In this document: positions 1 to 8,016 of the stretch, in pieces
Numbering within the stretch: the first letter of the stretch is position 1
How the letters are laid out: the number at the start of each line of letters is the position of its first letter
DNA from: a virus
Virus record (IMG/VR): IMGVR_UViG_3300033571_022960
Location: 32,001 to 96,000 of that record
Reading direction: 5' to 3' (one strand)
Length of the DNA: 64,000 nt
Program-made: the position numbers and the translations under genes
The notes under the pieces: generated by a model
Databases searched by the model: none
Told to the model about the DNA's origin: nothing
What the model saw: the letters and a program-made list of their open reading frames with translations, nothing else

Positions 1-597
1 ATGAAATTTATTGTAAACAAAAATGAAATTACAGGAAATACCATTAATTTTAAATTCCCACTAAAAAGAAAAACAAATAATTTAGGACTTTACTCAACAA
101 TTGAAGGAACTATTGTTTTTACAGAATTAATAAAAATAAGTGAATATTTTAAAAATGAATGGTTAATTAATGACACCACAAAAGATGTAACAGGAACAAC
201 TGTAAATAAATTATCAGATGTTAAAGGATATGATATTAATAACCCTTATAAAATAGGTATAATTGGAGATAAAGAAATTGTATCCATTAATAATGGTATT
301 GTGAAATATAAATTTATTGCAGATGATTCAAATCAATCAATTATATATGAAACTGATTTAAACACTTTGTTTACCGAATTTATGTTTAAAACTTATGGAT
401 TAAGTGTTAGTTTTAATAATCCACCGCAGTTAACAACTGGTAATAGTTTATTAAGTGGTATTGTAATGGAGGATAAAAATATTGGTTTTGTTGAAAAACC
501 TTTAATAAAGGGTAATGTTAATATAGAAAGGGGTAAAACAAAACCTTATGAAAAACATTTTGATATGCGTAAAATAAGTAAAATAAGTGATTTTTAG
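1..597 (+). CDS. hypothetical protein (possibly virion-associated; may be 5'-incomplete at the window edge)
   Basis: 198-aa ORF, no recognised motif. Confidence 0.55.
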   Translation: MKFIVNKNEITGNTINFKFPLKRKTNNLGLYSTIEGTIVFTELIKISEYFKNEWLINDTTKDVTGTTVNKLSDVKGYDINNPYKIGIIGDKEIVSINNGIVKYKFIADDSNQSIIYETDLNTLFTEFMFKTYGLSVSFNNPPQLTTGNSLLSGIVMEDKNIGFVEKPLIKGNVNIERGKTKPYEKHFDMRKISKISDF

Positions 598-1148
598 AGT
601 TTAAATTTAACAATTCTTTTTGGGTTATCCAAATCTTCAAAATCAAATTCAGACCAAGAAAATATTAAGTTTTCCATTTGTCTTGTTTTTATATTTATCA
701 ATACAAATTTAATTCCTTCGGTTGTTTTTGAGAATTTGTCTATTTCGTAATTATTTTTTATAAAAGTTCTTTCTTCACGATTAAAATTTAATTTTGTAAT
801 TAAATCAAATCCAAACAAATATCTCTTAGAACCATAAGGGTCTATAAACTCTTCATTAACAATAACAAAAAAATTAGTATATTCAGTATTTTCTCTTATT
901 AAAACCAAATTACCAAATAAAAATACAAATTTATGTTCTGTTGGGTGTTTTAGAATAAAAAAATCATTTACACCTTCCCAATAACAATTTATTTCACCAA
1001 TTTTCTCAAAAATAAATTTTATTTTTTTGATATACCTTTCATCAAAGTAATCTTCTTTTTTCTGAACCCATCCAGAAAAATAATCAAAAGTAAATTTGTT
1101 TTTATCTTCTATTTTAACTTCTTTAATTTCTTCTATTTGCCAGAACAT
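594..1148 (-). CDS. hypothetical protein, MFW..IE paralog 1
   Basis: Starts MFWQIEEIKEVKI; similar N-terminus to the upstream gene. Confidence 0.6.
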   Translation of the reverse strand: MFWQIEEIKEVKIEDKNKFTFDYFSGWVQKKEDYFDERYIKKIKFIFEKIGEINCYWEGVNDFFILKHPTEHKFVFLFGNLVLIRENTEYTNFFVIVNEEFIDPYGSKRYLFGFDLITKLNFNREERTFIKNNYEIDKFSKTTEGIKFVLINIKTRQMENLIFSWSEFDFEDLDNPKRIVKFKL

Positions 1149-1660
1149 ATATTCTCTATTTTTTTATAGACTTCTTCGGTAAAAAACGGTAAAAAGTCGA
1201 ATGTTTTATAACAAAGAAAAATTGGGAATTGTGATTTTGTTGAAAAATAAATTCCTTCTTTTGTTTTTTCAATACCAACAATATCAATACCACAACTTTT
1301 CAATAAAATGTTTAATAAATGAGATTCCATCATAAAAAAATTAGATATGATTAACATTTTTTTGGTGTGATAATATTTTGTAATATCTAAGTTATTATTA
1401 GTTATTTCAATTTTATCAAAAAAAGTATAACCTTTTTTAGATTTATGTAAAGTAATTATATCTTCTTCATCATAGTAAATAAACCTATCTTCTTTTTCTT
1501 CAAAATATGTATGAACACCAGTATAAAAATTTGATATATACGTGAATAAAATATAACCAAGATAAAGGTTATCTTCAAAATTAATTGAAGAATTAAAAGA
1601 TTTAGGTTTAGAAGGAACAGGTATTTTTTTTTCTTCTATTTTTTCTATTATCCAAAACAT
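1133..1660 (-). CDS. hypothetical protein, MFW..IE paralog 2
   Basis: ATG at 1660 gives MFWIIEKIEEKKI, matching the neighbour's N-terminus. Confidence 0.6.
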   Translation of the reverse strand: MFWIIEKIEEKKIPVPSKPKSFNSSINFEDNLYLGYILFTYISNFYTGVHTYFEEKEDRFIYYDEEDIITLHKSKKGYTFFDKIEITNNNLDITKYYHTKKMLIISNFFMMESHLLNILLKSCGIDIVGIEKTKEGIYFSTKSQFPIFLCYKTFDFLPFFTEEVYKKIENICSGK

Positions 1661-1746
1661 ATTTTTAAATTTAAAGAAAAAAAATGACATTTTCAACTTT
1701 ATTTTTAAAAAATATTGTTTATTATTATTAAAAAAATAAAAAACTT

Positions 1747-2151
1747 ATGAAATTTGAAGAAATCTTTAACGAAACAGACAATCTTTTTAAGGAAGTATTA
1801 GAAAAAACATCAATACCAAAATTTGTGAAATTTAAGGTTGTTGGATGTCAAGAACAAAAAGAAATTTATAAATTATCAAAAACAAATCCTTTAGTACACT
1901 ATATTACTGGAATTGATATTTTAATTACTTTAAATGAGGATATTTTTTCACAACTTAATGATTTGCAACAAAAGGTTGTATTACAAGAATGTCTTGCACA
2001 AGTATATTATGATATGGATAACGATAAATTAAAATTATTAAAACCTGATGTTAGTACTTTTTCTAGAATATTGGAACAATATGGTGTTAAAGAATACATG
2101 GAATTAAAAGAAGTTATTTCTGCTATTCAGAATCAGAAGGAGGAAAAATAG
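1747..2151 (+). CDS. phage metallopeptidase-like domain protein (degenerate HExxH)
   Basis: DILITLNEDIFSQL..QQKVVLQECLAQV resembles the phage metallopeptidase family with QECLAQ in place of HELxH. Confidence 0.45.
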   Translation: MKFEEIFNETDNLFKEVLEKTSIPKFVKFKVVGCQEQKEIYKLSKTNPLVHYITGIDILITLNEDIFSQLNDLQQKVVLQECLAQVYYDMDNDKLKLLKPDVSTFSRILEQYGVKEYMELKEVISAIQNQKEEK

Positions 2152-2192
2152 TATCTTGAATAGATATGAAAAATATAGAATTTAGAGAACTG

Positions 2193-2210
2193 ATACACCT
2201 TGTTAGGTGC
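2193..2210 (+). repeat. attC-like right half-site (ATACACC-TT-GTTAGGTGC)
   Basis: Same ATACACC-TT-GTT as the right arm of the hairpin at 2612-2712; no left arm found upstream. Confidence 0.55.
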
Positions 2211-2235
2211 AGTAAATTTTTAAAAGAAAAACAAA

Positions 2236-2361
2236 ATGGGCAGAAAATTAACAAGTTATAATGGTGAAGATTGTATCTATACACCAAGAGAAATGGCAAA
2301 GGCTATTGTAGAAAAGTTAAATCCACAAGGAATTATATTAGAACCTTTTAATCGGAATTAA
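2236..2361 (+). pseudogene. truncated N-terminus of an adenine DNA methyltransferase
   Basis: MGRKLTSYNGEDCIYTPREMAKAIVEKLNPQGIILEPF then stop; YTP and ILEP (motif I start) present, remainder missing. Confidence 0.6.
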
Positions 2362-2372
2362 AATTTAATAAA

Positions 2373-2609
2373 ATGAGAAAATACAGAATTAGAGAAGAAA
2401 AGTTTGAAGATGGTAGAAGTGAATTTATACCTCAATTTGAAGAAGATGGTCAATTTCATGATTTCTTTTATTTATCAGGATTAAATAAAGATAGACCACC
2501 AATGATTTCAAGACGTTTTAAAACTTTTGAGGGTGCGAAGAGTGAAATTGACAACGATAAGTTAAAATCAATGAAACCAATTGAGGTAAAAATTCACGAT
2601 GTAGATTAA
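2373..2609 (+). CDS. cassette gene 1, hypothetical protein
   Basis: 78-aa ORF ending 2 nt before the TGTGTATAAC core. Confidence 0.7.
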   Translation: MRKYRIREEKFEDGRSEFIPQFEEDGQFHDFFYLSGLNKDRPPMISRRFKTFEGAKSEIDNDKLKSMKPIEVKIHDVD

Positions 2610-2611
2610 AT

Positions 2612-2712
2612 TGTGTATAACGGATGGGTGTATGAGAAGGTTTGCTTAGATGAACTTTCAAATTAACTACAACTGATGATAGCAAACTTTCTTATACACC
2701 TTGTTATACACA
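2612..2712. repeat. attC-like hairpin 1
   Basis: TGTGTATAAC-GGATG-GGTGTATGAGAAGGTTTGCT...AGCAAACTTTCTTATACACC-TT-GTTATACACA; 20-bp inner stem with 2 G:T pairs. Confidence 0.8.
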
Positions 2713-2804
2713 GTACGGTTTATTAAGGTAGAATGTTGATACGAAGAAAGAATAAAACTTTTTAAAAATGTGAATATTTATATATAAAATAAAAACATAA
2801 AACT

Positions 2805-3143
2805 ATGAGTACAGAAATAAGACAAATGATTGATAAGGTTAAAAATTTTAAACAATTTCTTAATGAACAACGTGATGTTTCATTAAGAAATGATATATGT
2901 AAAATAATTGATGAATTTACAAATAAATATGGTAAAACATTAGCGGCACATTCTCATATTAAACGTGTTGAAAATGATGCGTTAGGAATACTTGCTGAAA
3001 AAATAGATAATTTTTTGAATTACGGTGATTATAGAAAAATATGGTCAATCTTAAATGATTTCACAAAAAATGATGCACTATTTGATGATAATAATATGGG
3101 ATTAAGTGAAACTATATTAGATAAATTAAACTTGGGTAGATAA
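2805..3143 (+). CDS. cassette gene 2, candidate capsid-packaged (internal head) protein
   Basis: MSTEIRQMIDKVKNFKQFLNE N-terminus ends in L-x-E; ATATTTAT motif at 2774-2781. Confidence 0.65.
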   Translation: MSTEIRQMIDKVKNFKQFLNEQRDVSLRNDICKIIDEFTNKYGKTLAAHSHIKRVENDALGILAEKIDNFLNYGDYRKIWSILNDFTKNDALFDDNNMGLSETILDKLNLGR

Positions 3144-3194
3144 TTTTTAAAAAGTTTTTATCACAAATGTTAAATCGAAGTACTTTGGTAGCAT

Positions 3195-3253
3195 TGTGTA
3201 TAACGGCTGCAAATAAAACATCGTTTTAATGTGTTTTATTTGTTGTTATAAGT
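3195..3253. repeat. attC-like hairpin 2
   Basis: TGTGTATAAC-GGCTG-CAAATAAAACA...TGTTTTATTTG-TT-GTTATAAGT. Confidence 0.8.
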
Positions 3254-3290
3254 TGTATTATTTTTGTTTTACCTTATAAAAAATTAAATT

Positions 3291-3566
3291 ATGGAAAAAA
3301 TTGTAGAAAAAAAGAAATTATCTTGGAATATTGAACGTACAGAGCTTCAAGGATTCAATTGTAAATACAATTATAAATTTTCAACACCACAATGGTTAGA
3401 AAGTGTTGATAATCCAGAGTATTTTGGGATTTCACACAATGATATGAAAGAAAAAGTTATTGAAAATTTAGTTAGTGAATTTAGAATAGCGTTAAACAAT
3501 GTTATATTTGGAGACCCTGCTGGTAGAGAATATGTGGAACATTTAGAAAATTCAAAACAAAAATAA
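3291..3566 (+). CDS. cassette gene 3, hypothetical protein
   Basis: 91-aa ORF filling the space between hairpins 2 and 3; no promoter seen. Confidence 0.7.
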   Translation: MEKIVEKKKLSWNIERTELQGFNCKYNYKFSTPQWLESVDNPEYFGISHNDMKEKVIENLVSEFRIALNNVIFGDPAGREYVEHLENSKQK

Positions 3567-3570
3567 TATT

Positions 3571-3667
3571 ACTTATAACGCTTGGCAATATATGTAGTTG
3601 CCTTGTAGGAATTTAAAAATTAGTATAAACCTTAATAGGCAATTACATATATTGCTTGTTAGCAAAC
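3571..3667. repeat. attC-like hairpin 3
   Basis: ACTTATAAC-GCTTG-GCAATATATGTAGTTGCCT...AGGCAATTACATATATTGC-TT-GTTAGCAAAC; 19-bp stem with 1 G:T pair. Confidence 0.8.
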
Positions 3668-3675
3668 GTTCCTTT

Positions 3676-3963
3676 ATGAGTGAGATTATTAAAAAGTTAG
3701 AAGAAAATCAGTTTCAAACTGTTAAAAAATCAAATGTAAAATGTCCAATATGTGATGGTGATTTATACACTGTTGATAATTGGATGATGGTAGTTATGGA
3801 TGGTAATACTGTTTATCATTGTGAAAATGTTGAAGAACATAAATTTTGGAATCATCCGTTTGAAGATAATAACATTTTACATTTGAATAAAAATGCAAGT
3901 GAAACTGATTGGACAACAGAGCAAGATTATAAGTTGGTAGATGGTTCTTGGAATGTTTGCTAA
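3676..3963 (+). CDS. cassette gene 4, small Zn-finger-like protein
   Basis: ATG 3676 just after hairpin 3; CPICDG..YHC..EEH; stop TAA lies inside the TGCTAAC core. Confidence 0.65.
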   Translation: MSEIIKKLEENQFQTVKKSNVKCPICDGDLYTVDNWMMVVMDGNTVYHCENVEEHKFWNHPFEDNNILHLNKNASETDWTTEQDYKLVDGSWNVC

Positions 3964-3964
3964 C
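3950..3964 (+). repeat. attC-like left half-site (GGAATGTTTGCTAAC)
   Basis: 14/15 reverse complement of 3658-3672; no right arm follows. Confidence 0.7.
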
Positions 3965-4031
3965 TATTGTATATATCTAACTACCCATAACTAATTGATT
4001 TTCAATATGAAAGAAACTAACTATTACGAAA

Positions 4032-4063
4032 TTTGATTTTCTAAGGAATTATTCTTATATTTA
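4032..4063 (+). promoter_or_regulatory. Bacteroidota-type sigma70 promoter-like site
   Basis: TTTG-N20-TATATTTA. Confidence 0.45.
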
Positions 4064-4110
4064 AATATCTTACTTATTATTGGAATATTTATAATAAACC
4101 ATTATCCAAA

Positions 4111-4641
4111 ATGAGTAAATTATTTGAAACCTTAAAAATTAAAAAACTCATGGGAATCATACTAGAAAATGAGGAACTTGATAGATTGTTGGATAAAATA
4201 TCTGAATTAGGTATGGAATCATTATCTAATGAAGAAAAAAAATATCTTTATTCATTAAATAATCCTGATGAAGAAAAAGAAGAATTTAATTTTGAAGAAG
4301 ATAAGTATATAGAAAATCATTATAATGATACAATTTCTTTAATGAAACAACTGGGTTATAATAAAGATAATTGGAATCTTTCAATAGAAAAAGATGATAA
4401 AGGTAGGGAAATACCAATATTTTCATCAGTTACAGAAAAAATAATAATTGCACCTTATTGGAATAATAAAAAAATGATTTTAGTATCATCTTTTGATAAA
4501 AGATATTATTTTACAGAACCTATGGGTGTTAATTTGGAAACAATAGGTGATTTAAAGGGTTGGATTATAACAGAATTTTTTGATTCACTTGTTCCTGAAT
4601 TAATAGATAGATTTGAGGAAAGATTTTACGTTAGAGTTTAG
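4111..4641 (+). CDS. hypothetical late protein, candidate internal head protein
   Basis: ATATTTAT at 4085-4092; N-terminal ..ILENE; LDRLLDKISELGMESLSNEEKKYL helical module. Confidence 0.55.
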   Translation: MSKLFETLKIKKLMGIILENEELDRLLDKISELGMESLSNEEKKYLYSLNNPDEEKEEFNFEEDKYIENHYNDTISLMKQLGYNKDNWNLSIEKDDKGREIPIFSSVTEKIIIAPYWNNKKMILVSSFDKRYYFTEPMGVNLETIGDLKGWIITEFFDSLVPELIDRFEERFYVRV

Positions 4642-4644
4642 TTT

Positions 4645-5256
4645 ATGTTATCAAACGGTAAAAAAGTTTTATTAAAAATGGTTCAAGATAAGAATCTGTT
4701 AGAACAAAATTCTCAATATACAGATGAAGAAATAATGAATCTAAAATCAATATATTCTTTAGATAAAGATTTTTGCATATCAATTTTTAAAGAACTTTTT
4801 AATAATGAAACTGATAAAGAATCAATTAAACGTTTTCTTATAATTGATTTTGAAGAATCACTTAAAAATTTTATAAGTAAATTAAATAATCCTGGATATG
4901 AGGAAATATTTTTTATTTATTTGGAAGATAAAATAATTGGTTATTGCTCATTTTTTCCTTATAGATTCTCAAAAGATTGGAAATGGTCAAATGACCTTGA
5001 AATGGGTATTTTTATTAAAAATGAATATAGAGGTCAAGGAATTGGAGAAAGTGTCTTAAAACACCTTGAAAATGATTATATTAACCCTTTTTATTCTGAT
5101 TTAAATAAAAATATTAGAAGTGGGAAGAAATTAATTCTTGCACCAACATTCGATAATCCTTCGATTAAACTTTATGAACGTCTTGGATTTAAAAAAGTTG
5201 ATGATAAACAATATAATAATGATGGGTTATTTAGAATGGAAAAAATATTGGATTAA
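4645..5256 (+). CDS. GNAT-family acetyltransferase
   Basis: MGIFIKNEYRGQGIG acetyl-CoA motif and DNPSIKLYERLGF. Confidence 0.85.
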   Translation: MLSNGKKVLLKMVQDKNLLEQNSQYTDEEIMNLKSIYSLDKDFCISIFKELFNNETDKESIKRFLIIDFEESLKNFISKLNNPGYEEIFFIYLEDKIIGYCSFFPYRFSKDWKWSNDLEMGIFIKNEYRGQGIGESVLKHLENDYINPFYSDLNKNIRSGKKLILAPTFDNPSIKLYERLGFKKVDDKQYNNDGLFRMEKILD

Positions 5257-6356
5257 TTCCCCAACACCAATTTTACAAAGTCACCTTTGGTAATAGTTGG
5301 TTTTAAATGGTTTTCAACCATTTCTTTTATTTCCTTTTTTATTTCTTCTTTGGATTCATTTTTCCAAATTTCACCTCTTCTACACCTCACTATTGCACCA
5401 GAACGATATGCTGAGTTTTTATCATATTTTCTTTTTGCAATATTATAACACCTATCTTTTTTTCCTTCAACCAATTCTTCACCTTCCAAATTTCTTAATT
5501 CCTCAATACCCTTATCAGTCCATTCAACTTGTGTAACTGATGGTCTAAATAACCATTTCATTTTAACACCAAAATTAATAATATTATTTATTAATTTATC
5601 TTCATACCAAACAATAACATTTTTCTTACGAACCAAATTTCTTTCATATTCATCTACAATATCCATTGCAGTAGAAACATCTTCTATATCAAAAGAAAAA
5701 CTACCTTCCAACTGACCTTCTGGATTAACTGATAAATTTTCTTTTGTTAATTCAACTGGTATATCTTTTTGTAACATATCTTTAACTGCATCAACATTTT
5801 TTGTATCTTTTAAATCATCTGGTGTGACTTTTATTGATTGTTCAGTTTCTTCTATATTTTCACTCTTTTTACCCCAAGTTTCACCTTTACCTTTGGTTTT
5901 ACATGCAGAAGGTGTTGGTCTGCATGCAGGATATTTACTTCTTTTTTCACCTTCTTCTCTACCACAAGGTTTGCATTTTGTTTTTCCTTCTGAATCTTTT
6001 CTGCAAGTATTACAATCAACCCACCCTTTTGAACCATCACCACCTCTTCTTGAAAACCAACCATGTAATCCACTTTTCTTTTCTTTGGAATAATCTGTTT
6101 TTTCCTCAATTTTAGTTAATCTTGAATAATAATCTGGTAATTCATAAAGATGGTCAAGGGAAATTTCTTTTGCAATTTTTTCATCATTTGTGTGTTCCAA
6201 TTCAACCTTAATACCTTTATCCAATTGTTTTTCAATTTCTGAAACTGAAACCCCATGTTTTTTTGCAATATCCTCAATTGTTTTATTATCTGAAAGACCA
6301 CCTTTTATATTATTGGTTAATTTATCCAATTGTTCTTTTGTTAATTTGTATCTCAT
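5253..6356 (-). CDS. multi-module late protein (DUF5661-like plus Cys-rich module), probably virion-associated
   Basis: GIKVELEHT..AKEISLDHLYELPDYYSRL; GWVDCNTC..CGR..KYPACRPT; KKDRCY..SAYRSGAIVRCR. Confidence 0.6.
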   Translation of the reverse strand: MRYKLTKEQLDKLTNNIKGGLSDNKTIEDIAKKHGVSVSEIEKQLDKGIKVELEHTNDEKIAKEISLDHLYELPDYYSRLTKIEEKTDYSKEKKSGLHGWFSRRGGDGSKGWVDCNTCRKDSEGKTKCKPCGREEGEKRSKYPACRPTPSACKTKGKGETWGKKSENIEETEQSIKVTPDDLKDTKNVDAVKDMLQKDIPVELTKENLSVNPEGQLEGSFSFDIEDVSTAMDIVDEYERNLVRKKNVIVWYEDKLINNIINFGVKMKWLFRPSVTQVEWTDKGIEELRNLEGEELVEGKKDRCYNIAKRKYDKNSAYRSGAIVRCRRGEIWKNESKEEIKKEIKEMVENHLKPTITKGDFVKLVLGN

Positions 6357-6751
6357 AATTCTATTTTGTCTGGTTTTTTAAGGATTAAATCCCTTTCATA
6401 AAGTCTATCATTCACTTGGTTTTTTGAATCCCCATATCTGAAAACCAATCTTTTATAAATAGTTTCATCTTCATTATCTTTTGACCAACCAAGTGCAATA
6501 ACACCATCAATTGCATCAAACATTCCGAATGAATCTGAATTTTGAATTAATTCCAATTCAACATGAGTTTTTAAAATCCCAACTTCATCAATATATTCCA
6601 AATCTGGTGGTTCAGGTTTACCATTTGCAGGGGATTCATCCCAAAATTCACCATCAATTTCAATTATATCAAGTCTATCTGAAAAAATAAATTCATAAAG
6701 AAATTCCCCCTTATGATTTTTTCCTACTTTATTTATGTATATTAAATTCAT
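6353..6751 (-). CDS. conserved hypothetical phage protein
   Basis: 132-aa ORF in the late minus-strand operon. Confidence 0.6.
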   Translation of the reverse strand: MNLIYINKVGKNHKGEFLYEFIFSDRLDIIEIDGEFWDESPANGKPEPPDLEYIDEVGILKTHVELELIQNSDSFGMFDAIDGVIALGWSKDNEDETIYKRLVFRYGDSKNQVNDRLYERDLILKKPDKIEL

Positions 6752-6766
6752 TTTAATCTATTATTT

Positions 6767-7963
6767 TTAAAAATCCACAAAAGAAGGTTCTGTTTTATTT
6801 GGTTCAATATTACATTTATTATTATAATTCTTATATTTTCTTGCCCTTTCATATTCATCCCTATCTTCTTCATCTCTAACCCATTTACTAACTGTTTCAA
6901 ATAAAAAAGTTTTTCCACCAATTTTTATTTTCGGTAATCCTTTTTTTGATTCAGTAATTTCACCCCTATCAACCATATTTGCAAGTTCATGAGATAACAA
7001 AGAAATTTCAACATCATCATCTATTCTCTTAAAATTATGTGCAGCTCTACCACTCATTCCAATATATTCATATTTAACACCCCAAATTAAATATATTTTT
7101 CCCTTAATTAATTTAATTTCATTACCTTCAACTAATTTTTCATTTAAATCTTCTGATTCACCAATAGGTTGTTGTTGCATTTGTGGTTGAGGTTCACCTT
7201 GAACTGGTGGTTGTTCTTGTGGAACTTCCTGATTTTGTTCTGGCATTTGATTAATTCTATTAACCAAACTTTCTTTTACTTGTGGATTAACATTTTCAAA
7301 ACGAATTGCAGATATAATTGAATTCATTACATATTTAACCATTTTATCATCAAAACCTTCTTGTGAATTATAAGAATCTCTTATTTTTTGACCCAATTTA
7401 CCAGTTAATCTTTGTACTTGTCTTATTACTGAATCTTCATCATCTTCAAAAGAAGGTTGTGGTTCATCCATTGGAACATCTTCCATTGATTCAGGTTGAG
7501 GTTCTTGGAATTGTTCTCCTTGAGGTTGTGGTGCAGGTGCAGAAGTAGGTTGAGGTAGAGTTTGAGGTTCAGGTTGTCTTAAAACAAATCTATCATTTTC
7601 CAAAATCACATATTCTTTTTTTGAATCCAAAGATTCTTTAAGATTATATAAAAATGTATTTAAACCTTTAAGTGCATCTGCAAAAGAATTATATTTATAT
7701 TTTTGGTTATAACGAACACCACCAATATATTGAAAATCTTCTTTTAATAATTTTTCTTTTGAATCAGAAATTTTAATAAAATAATGAGAATTTTCTTTTA
7801 CAATTGCATAATTTTTTCCATCAACACCTTCTTTTACCAAAAAATCACTATCTACTTTATCTTCTTTTGATTCATTTAAACCTTTATAGGTTAATTCAAG
7901 TATTCTTTGAAGTTTTTCTTTTCCCTCAAGTTTTTCACTTCCAACTGGTTTTTGTTTTAACAT
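6767..7963 (-). CDS. hypothetical late protein with P/Q/E-rich linkers
   Basis: 398 aa; minus-strand ATATTTAT at 7979-7986; many L/I-x-E sites. Confidence 0.6.
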   Translation of the reverse strand: MLKQKPVGSEKLEGKEKLQRILELTYKGLNESKEDKVDSDFLVKEGVDGKNYAIVKENSHYFIKISDSKEKLLKEDFQYIGGVRYNQKYKYNSFADALKGLNTFLYNLKESLDSKKEYVILENDRFVLRQPEPQTLPQPTSAPAPQPQGEQFQEPQPESMEDVPMDEPQPSFEDDEDSVIRQVQRLTGKLGQKIRDSYNSQEGFDDKMVKYVMNSIISAIRFENVNPQVKESLVNRINQMPEQNQEVPQEQPPVQGEPQPQMQQQPIGESEDLNEKLVEGNEIKLIKGKIYLIWGVKYEYIGMSGRAAHNFKRIDDDVEISLLSHELANMVDRGEITESKKGLPKIKIGGKTFLFETVSKWVRDEEDRDEYERARKYKNYNNKCNIEPNKTEPSFVDF

Positions 7964-8016
7964 AATAAATTTTTTAATATAAATATTCTACTTTTTATAT
8001 TTATTTAAAAAAGTTT

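Noticed and set aside
2612-3667. Hairpins as plain intrinsic terminators or a CRISPR array
   Set aside because: They lack U-tracts, their stems differ in sequence, the intervening units are whole genes, and a terminator model does not explain the offset end complementarity.
5297-6381. Overlapping opposite-strand or alternate-frame ORFs in the track (also 7363, 21618, 23176, 23695, 24471, 27951, 30683, 36649, 38079, 42828, 48819, 50630, 51083, 56856, 61447, 62288, 63665)
   Set aside because: These are shadow ORFs of well-supported genes, with F/L/S/I-rich composition and no motifs.
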